From: Candidatus Thalassarchaeum sp.
Lineage (GTDB): Archaea; Thermoplasmatota; Poseidoniia; Poseidoniales; Thalassarchaeaceae
DNA: 64,000 bases
Reading direction: 5' to 3'
NCBI GenBank assembly: GCA_045559735.1
Contig: JBJLJN010000014.1
Span: forward strand, 97,577-161,576
The notes beneath the pieces are model-generated. The model was not told the origin of the DNA. It saw nothing but the letters and a program-made list of their open reading frames with translations, and searched no databases. Shown piece after piece: positions 19,394 to 29,610 of this stretch. The translations under genes and the position numbers were made by a program. Every line of letters begins with the position of its first letter. Within the stretch, counting starts at the first letter, position 1.

Positions 19394-19480
19394 GGATGTC
19401 TCTCTAAGAATTATGGTTTAACTAATCTGTGACGGAAGTTCGCCAAGGAGCATCTCTAAAGAGGGAATGAGGCGCCATCG

Positions 19481-20893
19481 ATGTTGAGGGCATTGGGTGA
19501 TTGGATGTACAAATACAAACATGTGACTACGGTTGACGCAGACATTGATTCAACTTTTGATTGGTTCGAGCATGAAGGCTCGTTCCGACGCCTGATGCCA
19601 CCTTGGGAAGTAGCACAGGAAGTCAGGGCTGACGAGACGCTCGATGTCGGCTCACAGAGGGTATTTAGATTTCCCATGGGCCCTCTGAAGATGACCTGGG
19701 TAGCCGAGCACACTGCCTACGATCCGCCCCATCACTTCGCAGACAAGATGGTGAAAGGACCGTTCTGGCACTGGACTCACAACCACAATCTCAGCGAGGT
19801 TGATGGTAAGACCGAGGTCGTCGATGATGTGACCTACCAAGTCCCGTTCGGCGCACTGGGTAATATAGTCGATACTGTGCTCGGAGGTATGCTCGTGAAG
19901 AGTCGCCTCTCGAGAATGTTCAAGGCCAGAGAACTGAGACTGCAGAGAGATCTCAAGAGGCATTCTCACTTCTCCCATCTGCCTCGTAAAAGGATTCTAG
20001 TCGCTGGCTCTTCGGGCATGATTGGGACACAGCTCGTGGCATTTTTGGACACAGGAGGCCATGATGTATGGAGGTTAGTCAGAAGAACTCTGAATCCGGG
20101 AGCCAATGAGATTCGCTGGGATCCGGATAATGGTGATTTGGATCCGAACCTGCTCGGAGGGTTTGATGTAATCATCCACCTAGGAGGTGAGTCTATCGGA
20201 GACAAGCGCTGGAGCGCTAAGCGAAAACAGATGATTAAGGATAGCAGAGTCAACAGCACCAAGTTACTGGCCGATGCGATAGTCTCCTTAGACCAAAAAC
20301 CTGAGTCTTTCATCCTAGCCAGTGCGATAGGCTGGTATGGAGACAGGGGGAATGAGGAACTAACAGAGACAAGTGATTTTGGACAGGGATTCCTACCCGA
20401 TGTGTGTAAGGAATGGGAGAGTGCGGCTTCGACAGTTGAGGAGGCTGGAGTTAGGACGATTTACCTGAGGACGGGGATAGTCCTAGCAGCCACAGGGGGG
20501 GCGCTCGGAAGGATGCTGCTGCCGTTCAAGATGGGGGCTGGAGGCCCTATGGCTGGTGGCAAGCAGTGGATGTCTTGGATTAGTCTGGATGATCAGATTT
20601 ATGCGATGAATCACCTGATAATGGAAGAGTCGTCCAGGGGTGTCTACAATGTCACAGCTCCATACCCGGTCAGGCAACGCAGGTTCGCCAAATTGCTTGG
20701 TAGCGTCCTCAGGAGGCCCGCATTCATGCCTCTGCCTAGATTTGCGATTAAGCTCATGTTCGGTGAGATGGGCGAGAGGCTGACTCTGGACAGTCAGCGT
20801 GTCTTACCTGACAGGCTACTCGATGAGGGATACAAGTTCGTCCACGAGAATCTCGACGATGGCCTGAGGGACTCTCTCGGAATATGGAAATGA
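19481..20893 (+). CDS. Fusion of an SRPBCC (START/polyketide-cyclase-like) domain with a TIGR01777/YfcH-type NAD-dependent epimerase (DUF1731 C-terminus)
   Basis: The N-terminal ~150 aa are SRPBCC-like. They are followed by ILVAGSSGMIGTQLVAFL (GxxGxxG Rossmann) and a DUF1731-like tail ...VLPDRLLDEGYKF. Confidence 0.8.
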   Translation: MLRALGDWMYKYKHVTTVDADIDSTFDWFEHEGSFRRLMPPWEVAQEVRADETLDVGSQRVFRFPMGPLKMTWVAEHTAYDPPHHFADKMVKGPFWHWTHNHNLSEVDGKTEVVDDVTYQVPFGALGNIVDTVLGGMLVKSRLSRMFKARELRLQRDLKRHSHFSHLPRKRILVAGSSGMIGTQLVAFLDTGGHDVWRLVRRTLNPGANEIRWDPDNGDLDPNLLGGFDVIIHLGGESIGDKRWSAKRKQMIKDSRVNSTKLLADAIVSLDQKPESFILASAIGWYGDRGNEELTETSDFGQGFLPDVCKEWESAASTVEEAGVRTIYLRTGIVLAATGGALGRMLLPFKMGAGGPMAGGKQWMSWISLDDQIYAMNHLIMEESSRGVYNVTAPYPVRQRRFAKLLGSVLRRPAFMPLPRFAIKLMFGEMGERLTLDSQRVLPDRLLDEGYKFVHENLDDGLRDSLGIWK

Positions 20894-20905
20894 GTTAACT
20901 ATTGG

Positions 20906-21142
20906 TTAGATTGGAGTCTTGAAACCCATCGCCCTAGCAACGCACCAACCAGTCCTTCCTTCAAAAATTGCGAAGGCGCCTCCAGCAATTGCCCCCCCTG
21001 GAGCGAGCCAGAGTAAGCCCAAATCTGCATCACCTAGGAAGAATGCGGCTGACAGTATCAGGCCGAAAGCCACCAATCTGAAACCTAATCTGAGTCGATA
21101 CGCCTTCCCTCGTGCATCGATATTGCACTCCAGCAGTGCCAT
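20906..21142 (-). CDS. DUF2892 (YgaP-like) small membrane protein
   Basis: Size is 78 aa with two TM helices. The C-terminal motif GRTGWCVARAMGFKT fits the DUF2892 pattern. Confidence 0.6.
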   Translation of the reverse strand: MALLECNIDARGKAYRLRLGFRLVAFGLILSAAFFLGDADLGLLWLAPGGAIAGGAFAIFEGRTGWCVARAMGFKTPI

Positions 21143-21144
21143 AA

Positions 21145-21669
21145 TTACTCCTCATTCGAAAGATTAGTGTTGATTTGCTGAAGTATATCCCTAATCTCGA
21201 CTAGAACTTCATTGGAGTCATCTGAAGGTGCAGACTGTTGAGGGGCGGAAACCAATGAGTCTCTTTGCTGGAGAACGAGGTCGCGGAACTGATCGGAGTT
21301 TTTCACCCCGGTGAGGATGAATGGTGCGGCTCCAGCTGTCTCAAACTGCATCCTGACAACTCCGAAGGCGTTCAGGATTGGGCCCTCGTGAATAGATACA
21401 TCAGTGAGTTTGTCCAGAGGAATGTTCTGCTGTTTCTTGAACAACCATCCCATGCGCATGTTGATTGAACGGTCAGTTAGGGCTCCACTCATGTGCTCAT
21501 ACTGCTTCTTATGAACAATCCACCCAAACGGAATCCAGATTGGCATTAGTATAATTCCAATCACTGTGGAGAGAAGACCTAGATTCGCCATCATCCACCA
21601 GTAAACGATAATCTTCCTATCAAATTCTACGGCCATAATATGGCCTCTATCAGCGTACCCCGGCTCCAT
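21145..21669 (-). CDS. Membrane-flanked bacterial PH domain protein (bPH_2/YdbS-like)
   Basis: Two N-terminal TM helices are followed by ...IPLDKLTDVSIHEGPILNAFGVVRMQFETAG. Confidence 0.65.
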   Translation of the reverse strand: MEPGYADRGHIMAVEFDRKIIVYWWMMANLGLLSTVIGIILMPIWIPFGWIVHKKQYEHMSGALTDRSINMRMGWLFKKQQNIPLDKLTDVSIHEGPILNAFGVVRMQFETAGAAPFILTGVKNSDQFRDLVLQQRDSLVSAPQQSAPSDDSNEVLVEIRDILQQINTNLSNEE

Positions 21670-21712
21670 GATGATGGCTCGAAATTACATCCTGTCAAGA
21701 ACCTAATGGAAC

Positions 21713-24700
21713 TCAGGACTGCTCTGGGAGCAATGATTTGCGATGCAGTAGACCCAGTACTGCCGGAGTCAGAATCATGCTCGCAATCAGCGACAACGCA
21801 ATCATAATGGCGCAGAACAGGCCGAAGGTGGAGAAGAATCCCATCTTGGACTGGTTGATAACCATGAATCCGGCGATGTCCGATACGGCGGACCCGAACA
21901 AAGCCAAGCCGGATGCCCCCCCTACTGCTGCTATCGAGACAGCTGGAGCCGATCCTTCTTCGCGCTCTTCACGATACCTCTCGATGAAATGGATGACATA
22001 GTCTATTCCAACTCCCAGAGATATCGCAGCAATCGCTACTGTGACCATATTCAGTCCGTAGCCTGCCAAGGAAACCATGGCATACAGCCAGATGATGACC
22101 ACCAATATTGGTCCGGTGGTAACTGTGGCGATATAGAACGGTGCAGTCCCCCAGAGAAGTGAGAGTAAAATCGCGAGGATTGCTATCATTGCCCCGTAAG
22201 TCGGGCCGAGGAGAAGATACGTCGCGACACCTGTCAGTGCCACAACCAATCCGATGCGGCGGGCCGATGCTGCTGGATTGGCTACTGCCTCTCTCCACCT
22301 TTGTCTCGCGGTAGTCTCCTCGCGGAAACCCCACCACAAGGTTAGGGTGCAGAATATCACTCCTAGAAGCAGGGTTCCCTGCATCTCATCCTGCATTGAA
22401 TCAGCGGCTACAAACCTGACAACCGGCTCCCCGCTCGGGATGGCCCAAGTGATTGGGTACTCCGAGTCTGCCGAGTCTATGTCTGCGCGCTCCCTGAGAG
22501 GGTTGCGAGCGAGTTCCTGCAACGGTGCCATGTCGTCTTGCAGCTGCTTGAGGGCGGGATCTACAAGTGCAAACTGCTCGGGGCTGGAGATTCCGAATCG
22601 GATTGAAGCGCGGATGTAAGAGGGTGATTCTCCCGAGGAAGTGAGCCATGGCATATCATAGTCAAGTTCGTCAGCGACTTGGATATATTCGGCTGCAATC
22701 GAGGGCGGCATGGACGGGTAGCCGCCGCTCTCGGGGATTCCACGGGTGAGCATGTACCCATACAGGAACAGCAAGCAATCTCGATCATTGAGCGATGGCA
22801 AACCGAGAATGTCCTTGTCGCAGCCCACTCCACTACCTTCGGCATCCGAGTCCCAACCGACCTCCTCGAATGGTCGGATATCCCAAGCCATCGCAGCCTT
22901 TGCCAAAACGAGAACACTGTCGATGGCGATCAACTCGACTTCTCCAGTAGGCAGCCGCGAAATCTGATCTGGCTCGCCAGGCTCGCGTGAGTTGACATTT
23001 CGGCGTACTTCGCCGAAAGCTGCAATCACCTTCGGATCAGCCATGTCGCCCTCAACTAGGATAAATCCAGGTTCTCCCTCATCGCTGAATCTATCATTAA
23101 CGAGGTATATTCCAACGGCTAGGTCGGACTCGGTCTCGATGAAGTCCTCAACCTGAAAGTCACCCTCGAGAGACAACATCATCGGAACAGCGAGGGCTGT
23201 TATGAGTACAGTTATGATAGCGATGAAAGGGGCCTTTCTCGCAGAAGTGGAGGCAAGTTTAGCTAGCCACTCTTTGGGTACCATGTGTATGATTCCATCT
23301 CTCTCTCCCTCCAATTTTCCCTTTGATTTCATCCACTCATCGACGTCGTGCCTGACTAGAGGCACCCAGATTCCTGTAAGAATGAATGCTGAAAGGACAC
23401 CTAACCCAGCCTCGATTCCAAATGAGCGGAGGGCTGCGATATCAGAAGTCAGATTTGCAAGGAATGCAACTATGGTAGTAATAGAGGTCAACATGATTGC
23501 TCGGCCAACACGGGTGACTGAAATGTGGGCAGCTTCCTCGGGACTCGATCCATTCCTCCTCTCCTCTTTGTACCGATGCAGAGCATGCAGACTGTCGTCT
23601 ATCCCTAGAGCCAGTACGAGGATTGGGAGAAGGTTGGAGAACTGAGAGCGGAAAATTACCTCAAAGCCGGTCTTCTCCCCTAGGATGATGGCCCAGCCAA
23701 TGAATCCCTGCATCCAAAGCAGAGAGAGAGTAAGGCCCACTGCTACAATGGCAACATCCGAGACTCTCCTCAGACTCAACCAGAGAAGTATGGTCACTAC
23801 CAAGGCCATGATTCCGACCAGATAGATGCTGGAGAGCAACTCCCGGTTGATTTCGACATTTACTCCCTCAGCGAGCATCAGTGTGACGACCATCTCGTCA
23901 GTGGATCTGAGGTCCTCCTCAAGAGCGAGATAGAGCCATTCCATTGCACATAACTTGTCTCCATCAGACGCCCTCTGAACGCACTCCTCCACCGAATTGT
24001 GTACGGGATCAGTCTGTAGTGTGACTCCATCCCAATAGTAGCCAAACTCGGACTCTGAATCAAGCCAAGAGTACGTCCATCCTGCATCCTCGATGTATTC
24101 TCTCTCGAAGTTGATGAGCAGCCATGCCGAGGAGGCCGACCACCTTCCAGGACCCCATTCTTGAGCGACGATGGAGCCATCCTCTAGCAGTTCGTGACCG
24201 TACGGTCCGATGGTCTCGCTTGACGGGTCGGGAATGAAGGCGCGATCGTTTGAAAGCAACCTTAGGAAGGCTCCCGAACTGTAGTTGGAGAGTCTGTGCG
24301 CTGCTAGGTCTATGTGGGCCTGAGTCAGATTCTCGTCGTCGAACGAGAGGCATTCGAGGTTGCCGCAATCGGTCCAGTTTGTCGAAGGAGGAGTCATCTG
24401 GAGGGTATCAGGGTCTATCCTCGGGCTTGTGAGTGAGGATTGACCTGACATGAATGACCTGAAGTCGGACGCTATGTCGTAGACTCCCACTACCGGAGCT
24501 CCCGTAATCTGTGATACGAATGGCAGGTAGAACTGCGAAACCTCATGCTCTCTGAGATATTCTCCCTTAGAGTCAATCTCACGCAGGACAGAGAGGTTGA
24601 GGATTCCTGCTGTCGGCTGGATTACTCCTGCAGCTTTGCCCGTATAGTCAGCAATCATCGAGACGTCTGAGTCAGGCTCGCCGAAATGGCTCGGGTCTCT

Positions 24701-24925
24701 CAGGAATATTCCGAAGGCCTCGATTCCGCCAGCCGCGGAGAACTCCTCCATCAGAATCTCATTCGCGTCGAGCTCTGGCGACTCGAGGTCATAGGACTCT
24801 ATGTCAATCGGGCTTAATGTAGCCGAGATTCCAGGAAGCATCAGCAGTGACAACACGAAGACTACGAGATGTGTTTGGCGCCGTCTCGGGACTAGGAAGT
24901 CGGCCACCTTGGAGAAGTCACGCAC
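21713..24925 (-). CDS. RND-superfamily exporter (MMPL/COG1033-like, two sterol-sensing-type TM bundles)
   Basis: The duplicated motifs are LALGIDDSLHALHRYKEERR and SLGVGIDYVIHFIERYREERE. Each follows a large extracytoplasmic domain. Size is 1070 aa. Confidence 0.85.
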   Translation of the reverse strand: MRDFSKVADFLVPRRRQTHLVVFVLSLLMLPGISATLSPIDIESYDLESPELDANEILMEEFSAAGGIEAFGIFLRDPSHFGEPDSDVSMIADYTGKAAGVIQPTAGILNLSVLREIDSKGEYLREHEVSQFYLPFVSQITGAPVVGVYDIASDFRSFMSGQSSLTSPRIDPDTLQMTPPSTNWTDCGNLECLSFDDENLTQAHIDLAAHRLSNYSSGAFLRLLSNDRAFIPDPSSETIGPYGHELLEDGSIVAQEWGPGRWSASSAWLLINFEREYIEDAGWTYSWLDSESEFGYYWDGVTLQTDPVHNSVEECVQRASDGDKLCAMEWLYLALEEDLRSTDEMVVTLMLAEGVNVEINRELLSSIYLVGIMALVVTILLWLSLRRVSDVAIVAVGLTLSLLWMQGFIGWAIILGEKTGFEVIFRSQFSNLLPILVLALGIDDSLHALHRYKEERRNGSSPEEAAHISVTRVGRAIMLTSITTIVAFLANLTSDIAALRSFGIEAGLGVLSAFILTGIWVPLVRHDVDEWMKSKGKLEGERDGIIHMVPKEWLAKLASTSARKAPFIAIITVLITALAVPMMLSLEGDFQVEDFIETESDLAVGIYLVNDRFSDEGEPGFILVEGDMADPKVIAAFGEVRRNVNSREPGEPDQISRLPTGEVELIAIDSVLVLAKAAMAWDIRPFEEVGWDSDAEGSGVGCDKDILGLPSLNDRDCLLFLYGYMLTRGIPESGGYPSMPPSIAAEYIQVADELDYDMPWLTSSGESPSYIRASIRFGISSPEQFALVDPALKQLQDDMAPLQELARNPLRERADIDSADSEYPITWAIPSGEPVVRFVAADSMQDEMQGTLLLGVIFCTLTLWWGFREETTARQRWREAVANPAASARRIGLVVALTGVATYLLLGPTYGAMIAILAILLSLLWGTAPFYIATVTTGPILVVIIWLYAMVSLAGYGLNMVTVAIAAISLGVGIDYVIHFIERYREEREEGSAPAVSIAAVGGASGLALFGSAVSDIAGFMVINQSKMGFFSTFGLFCAIMIALSLIASMILTPAVLGLLHRKSLLPEQS

Positions 24926-24967
24926 GAATCCGACTCTGGAACTTCATATTTGATTAGTTTCGTGACC

Positions 24968-25918
24968 TTACAAACCGCTGTCTCTGAGCCCCTCTAGGGC
25001 TTCCTTCTGCTCTGAGGTCAACTCGTCTGCCTCTGCCAGAGTGAACTCGATATCGAGAGGTCCGCCGGAGTGCCCATGACCCTGAAGCCTCCTACGGTCG
25101 CCGATGCGAGTTCCCTCCTGTACCTCTATTTGCACCCTCTTTCCAGCAGGCGTGGAAATTCTCACCTTTCCTCCCAGCAGGAGTGTGGTAATTTGGACTG
25201 GCACCTCTTGCACCAACCTGCCGTCCTCCCAGCGTCTGCCTTCCTTGGCATCGAGTCGGAGTGTAATCAGAAGATCTCCAGTGTCTCCTTCTGGATGCTC
25301 GTGTCCCATCTTACGCAGACGCAACTGCTGGCCATGCTGAGCCTTAGCAGGGACCTTTACGGTCAGGGTGCTTCCCTTGGTCTGGACTCCTGTGCCATTG
25401 CATGGAGTGCAGCGCTTGGAACGTCCGAAGCTTGAGCCATCACATTTGTCGCAGCGCTTGAGCCGACGATGGCTGAACCTGACTTCTGTTCCATCCAATG
25501 CCTGCTCAAGCGAGATGTCGAGTCCAGCCTCAATGTCTGCACCTCTAGGCTTGGGACTGTCCTCGCGGGGTGGTTGCTGCTGCTGGGAGAAACCTCCGCC
25601 GGACGCCCTTCCTCCCATGAACTGTGAGAAGATGTCACCCAGATCGATACCTCCGAAGCCTCCTCCGAACGGGTTTCCTTGGAAGCCGCCGCCAAACATA
25701 TCTTCCATGCGGCGGCGCTGGTCATGATCTCGCCTAGCATCGGCAGATCCGATAGTCTCGTGAGAGGCCTGAATTGCCTTGAATCGCTCCTCGGCCGCTG
25801 CATCACCAGGATTTCTGTCAGGGTGGTATTGGCGCGCGAGCTTGCGATAAGCGCGCTTAATCTCAGCGTCGGTCGCATCCTTTGAGACACCGAGAACTTG
25901 GTAGGGGTCCTCGGCCAT
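24968..25918 (-). CDS. dnaJ: J-domain co-chaperone (DnaJ-like, reduced zinc-finger region)
   Basis: The J domain is DPYQVLGVSKDATDAEIKRAYRKLARQYHPDRNPGD. A G/F-rich linker follows, then CDKCDGSS...CTPCNGTG, then beta-sandwich C-terminal domains. Confidence 0.85.
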   Translation of the reverse strand: MAEDPYQVLGVSKDATDAEIKRAYRKLARQYHPDRNPGDAAAEERFKAIQASHETIGSADARRDHDQRRRMEDMFGGGFQGNPFGGGFGGIDLGDIFSQFMGGRASGGGFSQQQQPPREDSPKPRGADIEAGLDISLEQALDGTEVRFSHRRLKRCDKCDGSSFGRSKRCTPCNGTGVQTKGSTLTVKVPAKAQHGQQLRLRKMGHEHPEGDTGDLLITLRLDAKEGRRWEDGRLVQEVPVQITTLLLGGKVRISTPAGKRVQIEVQEGTRIGDRRRLQGHGHSGGPLDIEFTLAEADELTSEQKEALEGLRDSGL

Positions 25919-26003
25919 CGGTACTTCTCGGTCACCGGGGAGTCTTCAACCTGCTTGAGTCGGACAGCGATGTGATAATGAGATTGAGTCTTCTGGGGGC
26001 ATC

Positions 26004-26606
26004 ATGGCGGTTGGGTGGGCAGTATTCCGCAACTATGTCGGTCACGCAAAGGAAATCTACGGTGATATCACCGATTACCCACGATTCTTCTTGATGCCTC
26101 CAACAGCATTAGTGGAGGCAGACGAACAGGGTAACAATGTGGTTGCACTGAGTTCTGTCGAGGACCACATCGACCACGAGGTAGAGTTGGTAATCAGGCT
26201 GGGAGATGACCTTGAGCCAGCTGAGATGTGCGTGGGTAACGACACCACAAATAGGACTCGTCAGACTCTCGCCAAGAAGAAGGGTTGGCCATGGCTCGAG
26301 GGTAAGGGGTTCACCGGCTCTGGTGTGTTGGGAACTTGGACAGCTTGGGATCCCAATTCAGTAGAAATCGGCCTATCTGTCAATGGAGAAGTCAGGCAGC
26401 AGGCCTCGACTGAACTTATGGTACACTCTGTTGAGTCTATCCTCGGGTACCTGCATGACTGGTACGAGCCCTTGCCAGGAGACCTCGTCTGGACCGGCAC
26501 CCCGGAGGGCGTCGGGCCGATGCACGAAGGAGATATCGTAGAATGTTGGATGCGTAACTCGGAGGGCAAGAAGGTGAGTGTGCTCAACGCGAAATGCGTT
26601 GTATAA
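26004..26606 (+). CDS. Fumarylacetoacetate hydrolase (FAH)-family protein
   Basis: HEVELVIRLG, KGWPWLEGKGFTGSGVLG and GDLVWTGTPEGVGPMHEGD are present. Confidence 0.85.
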   Translation: MAVGWAVFRNYVGHAKEIYGDITDYPRFFLMPPTALVEADEQGNNVVALSSVEDHIDHEVELVIRLGDDLEPAEMCVGNDTTNRTRQTLAKKKGWPWLEGKGFTGSGVLGTWTAWDPNSVEIGLSVNGEVRQQASTELMVHSVESILGYLHDWYEPLPGDLVWTGTPEGVGPMHEGDIVECWMRNSEGKKVSVLNAKCVV

Positions 26607-26650
26607 CTCTACTCAGATTATTTCAAAAGTCATTCCTCGGTCGCAGCACC

Positions 26651-27346
26651 ATGGATGTAGATTACGAGTTCCAACCAGCTTTCACGCTAATGACCGCAAA
26701 CCTCGGATCAGGAGAGTCGATTAAGGTCGAGCCTGGTGCCATGGTGGCCCAATCCTCTGGTTTGAGCATCAGCACGGGAAGAGCAAGCAAGGGAGGGCTG
26801 ATAGGAGGATTCCTCAAGTCCATAGTAGGCGGGGAGTCCTTCTTCGTCAACACCTACACCGCAGGGCCGTCTGGTGGATGGATATCGATGGCTCCTTCGT
26901 CTCCAGGAGACATCTGCACATTCGACTTGGCCCCGGGTCAAAATCTGTACATGCAAGGAGGTGCCTTCATGGCATGCTCTCCTAACGTGAGTTATGATAC
27001 CAAATTCCAAGGTGCTAAGTCACTGTTTTCCAGAGAGGGTGCCTTCTTTCTGAAGGCATTTTCAGAAGGTGGTGCTGGTCAGGTCTTCTATACCTCATAT
27101 GGCGCTATCAAAGAGATCGAAGTAACGCCCGATGCCCCTGTAGTGGTGGACAACGGACACCTTGTGGCCTTCACTGAGGGAGTGTCCTACGGTCCGGCTC
27201 CGTCAGGAGGACTCAAGACTACTATGTTTGGAGGCGAAGGCCTCATCTTGCAGTTGACAGGATCAGGTACGATTTGGATTCAGACCAGAAACTTGGCGGC
27301 TCTTGCAGACAAGCTGACGCCGTTCCTGCCTAAGCCCAGCAACTGA
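26651..27346 (+). CDS. AIM24/TIGR00266 (DUF124)-family protein
   Basis: MDVDYEFQPAFTLMTANLGSGESIKVEPGAMVAQS... and ...GEGLILQLTGSGTIWIQT are present. The ATG at 26651 is preferred over the 26594 ORF start. Confidence 0.8.
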   Translation: MDVDYEFQPAFTLMTANLGSGESIKVEPGAMVAQSSGLSISTGRASKGGLIGGFLKSIVGGESFFVNTYTAGPSGGWISMAPSSPGDICTFDLAPGQNLYMQGGAFMACSPNVSYDTKFQGAKSLFSREGAFFLKAFSEGGAGQVFYTSYGAIKEIEVTPDAPVVVDNGHLVAFTEGVSYGPAPSGGLKTTMFGGEGLILQLTGSGTIWIQTRNLAALADKLTPFLPKPSN

Positions 27347-27390
27347 GTTTTCTTAGAGAAACTTGAGATGGGTCAGCCATTGGCGGTACC

Positions 27391-28647
27391 ATGGACGAGG
27401 GCGCTCGCAGGATTACCCAAACGCGCCTAATGGACCATGATGGTGTTGTGCAGCACGGTGACTTCCTTCTCCACCCCGATGGCTCATACTCGGTGAGTAA
27501 GGGTGACGAGGATGTCATCGAGTCAATTGACGGTTCAACTCGCTTGATTACTCGCTCCCTGCAGAACTGGCATACTCACCTCGCGATGATTCTCAATCGC
27601 GGAATGGGTGAAGCGTTGCCTTTGATGGAATGGCTTGAGACAGCAATTTTCCCAGTTGAGAAGAATCTCACTGCTGAACTCGTCGAAATTGGTACTAGGG
27701 CTGCCGCGGCAGAGATGATTGCGACTGGGACGACCTATGCGTGTGACATGTATTTCTACACTCAAACTATTGGTGAGACGCTGGCAGAAACAGGTGTAAG
27801 GGCTACACTTTGCGGGCCAATAACCGATGGTTTGACTCCTAACTTCAAGCCCGGTTCGGGAGATGCTTTGCGCCATATTGAGAGTCTCATCACAGGCCCT
27901 TCACCAAGACCTGAAAGGATAGCTTACGGGGTTGGAACGCACTCTGTTTATGTCTGCGACGAAGAAATTTTGCTGAAGGGTTCAGATCTAGCTAAGAGGG
28001 CCGATTGCACCCTTCACATTCACACTTCAGAGACCCGAAAGGAAGTCGCCGATTGCCACGCAGAACACGGTATGTATCCTGTAGAATATCTCAATTCTCT
28101 CGACTACTTCACCGATGGAACGACCGTGTGCGCCCACTGCGGATGGTTGACCAAGAAGGAGATGAGAATACTGGCCGGACACGACGCTCACGCGGTCCAC
28201 TGTCCAACTTCCAACCAGAAACTCGCATGTGGAGGGACGATGTCTTACCCTGCGATGAAAGAAGCAGAGGTCGATGTGCGCTTGGGAACTGATGGTTCAG
28301 CCAGCAATAACTCACTAGACATGCGAGCCGAGGCGAAGGCAGCGAGTTTGGTTCAGAAGCATGATCATTGGAATGCCCGCATTCTGGGTCCCGCGGAGAC
28401 CTGGCGGTTGGCAACCAAGGACTCGATTGACTGGGTGACTTGGGATTTGGATGATATCAGGATGAGGCCACATGGGCGAGACGGCAGGAGGTTGTTGTCG
28501 AACTTGATCTATAGTGGTGCCCGTTGCCTCGATGTAATCGTCGGAGGAGAGGCTCTTCGCCGTGATGGCGTGACACTGACTGTCAACGAGGATGCAGCTA
28601 GCTCAGAGTTAGAGGAAGCAGTCTCGCAGTACTATTCAGAGATATGA
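27391..28647 (+). CDS. Amidohydrolase-superfamily deaminase (MtaD / 5-methylthioadenosine-S-adenosylhomocysteine deaminase-like)
   Basis: The metal ligands are NWHTHLAM, HIHTSETRKEV, HCPTSNQKLACG and LGTDGSASNNSLDM. Confidence 0.8.
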   Translation: MDEGARRITQTRLMDHDGVVQHGDFLLHPDGSYSVSKGDEDVIESIDGSTRLITRSLQNWHTHLAMILNRGMGEALPLMEWLETAIFPVEKNLTAELVEIGTRAAAAEMIATGTTYACDMYFYTQTIGETLAETGVRATLCGPITDGLTPNFKPGSGDALRHIESLITGPSPRPERIAYGVGTHSVYVCDEEILLKGSDLAKRADCTLHIHTSETRKEVADCHAEHGMYPVEYLNSLDYFTDGTTVCAHCGWLTKKEMRILAGHDAHAVHCPTSNQKLACGGTMSYPAMKEAEVDVRLGTDGSASNNSLDMRAEAKAASLVQKHDHWNARILGPAETWRLATKDSIDWVTWDLDDIRMRPHGRDGRRLLSNLIYSGARCLDVIVGGEALRRDGVTLTVNEDAASSELEEAVSQYYSEI

Positions 28648-28656
28648 GGTCGAAGT

Positions 28657-29586
28657 GTGGCTGAAAATTTGCATATAGTCACCGGTGCCTTCGGATACAC
28701 CGGGCGCTGGATAGCTCACCGGCTCCTGAAGGAAGGTAAGCAGGTAAGGACTCTGACCAATGCTGTCGGGCGTGATGATCCATTTGATGGGCAAGTGGAA
28801 GTTCATCCACTCGACTTCGATAACACATCTGCTCTGGTTGAGTCGTTGCGTGGCGCTGATGTTCTCTACAACACATACTGGGTCCGCTACAACGGACACA
28901 GCAATCACTCCGGCCACGAGGTTGCGACCGAAAACTGCAGGAAAATCTTCGAGGCCGCCAAACAAGCAGGAGTCCGCAGGATTGTTCACTTCAGCGTCGC
29001 CAACCCGGACCGAGCTCCAGAATGGTCGTACTTCCAAGGAAAATTGGTCTCCGAGGAGATTCTGAAAAGTTGTGGAGTATCTTATGCCATTGTGCGTCCA
29101 ACTGTGCTGTTTGGAGGCGGCAGGAATGTACTGGTAAACAACATCGCATGGATTCTGCGACGCTTTCCCGTGTTCGGTCTGTTCGGATGGGGCGGATATC
29201 CAATTCAGCCAGTGCATGTCCGTGATGTGGCGGGGATAGCAGTTGAGGTTGGTGAAAGAGAAGAGAACCTTACCATGGATGCCGTCGGTCCTGAGACTTT
29301 TGAATACAGGGAATTTGTCAAGCTGATTGCACGGAGCATGGAGATTCGTCGACTAATTCTCCCCATGCCCGCTTTATTGGGCTGGATGACTGGTAGGGTT
29401 ATTGGGATGTTACTCAGGGACGTCGTCATCACTCGAGGAGAGATTCGTGGACTGATGCAGGGACTGATGACCTCTGACGATGCCCCACTAGGTGAATTGT
29501 CTTTCAGCGAGTGGATACACCGTACGGGTCCGGAGTTTGGTAGGAGATATCAAAATGACCTCAGAGAGAGAAAATATCGTAGTTGA
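28657..29586 (+). CDS. NAD(P)-binding NmrA/atypical-SDR family protein
   Basis: The N-terminal Rossmann motif is HIVTGAFGYTGRWIAHRLLKEG. The start is GTG. Confidence 0.75.
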   Translation: MAENLHIVTGAFGYTGRWIAHRLLKEGKQVRTLTNAVGRDDPFDGQVEVHPLDFDNTSALVESLRGADVLYNTYWVRYNGHSNHSGHEVATENCRKIFEAAKQAGVRRIVHFSVANPDRAPEWSYFQGKLVSEEILKSCGVSYAIVRPTVLFGGGRNVLVNNIAWILRRFPVFGLFGWGGYPIQPVHVRDVAGIAVEVGEREENLTMDAVGPETFEYREFVKLIARSMEIRRLILPMPALLGWMTGRVIGMLLRDVVITRGEIRGLMQGLMTSDDAPLGELSFSEWIHRTGPEFGRRYQNDLRERKYRS

Positions 29587-29610
29587 TTCTACTTGTTTAT
29601 AGTATTGCAG

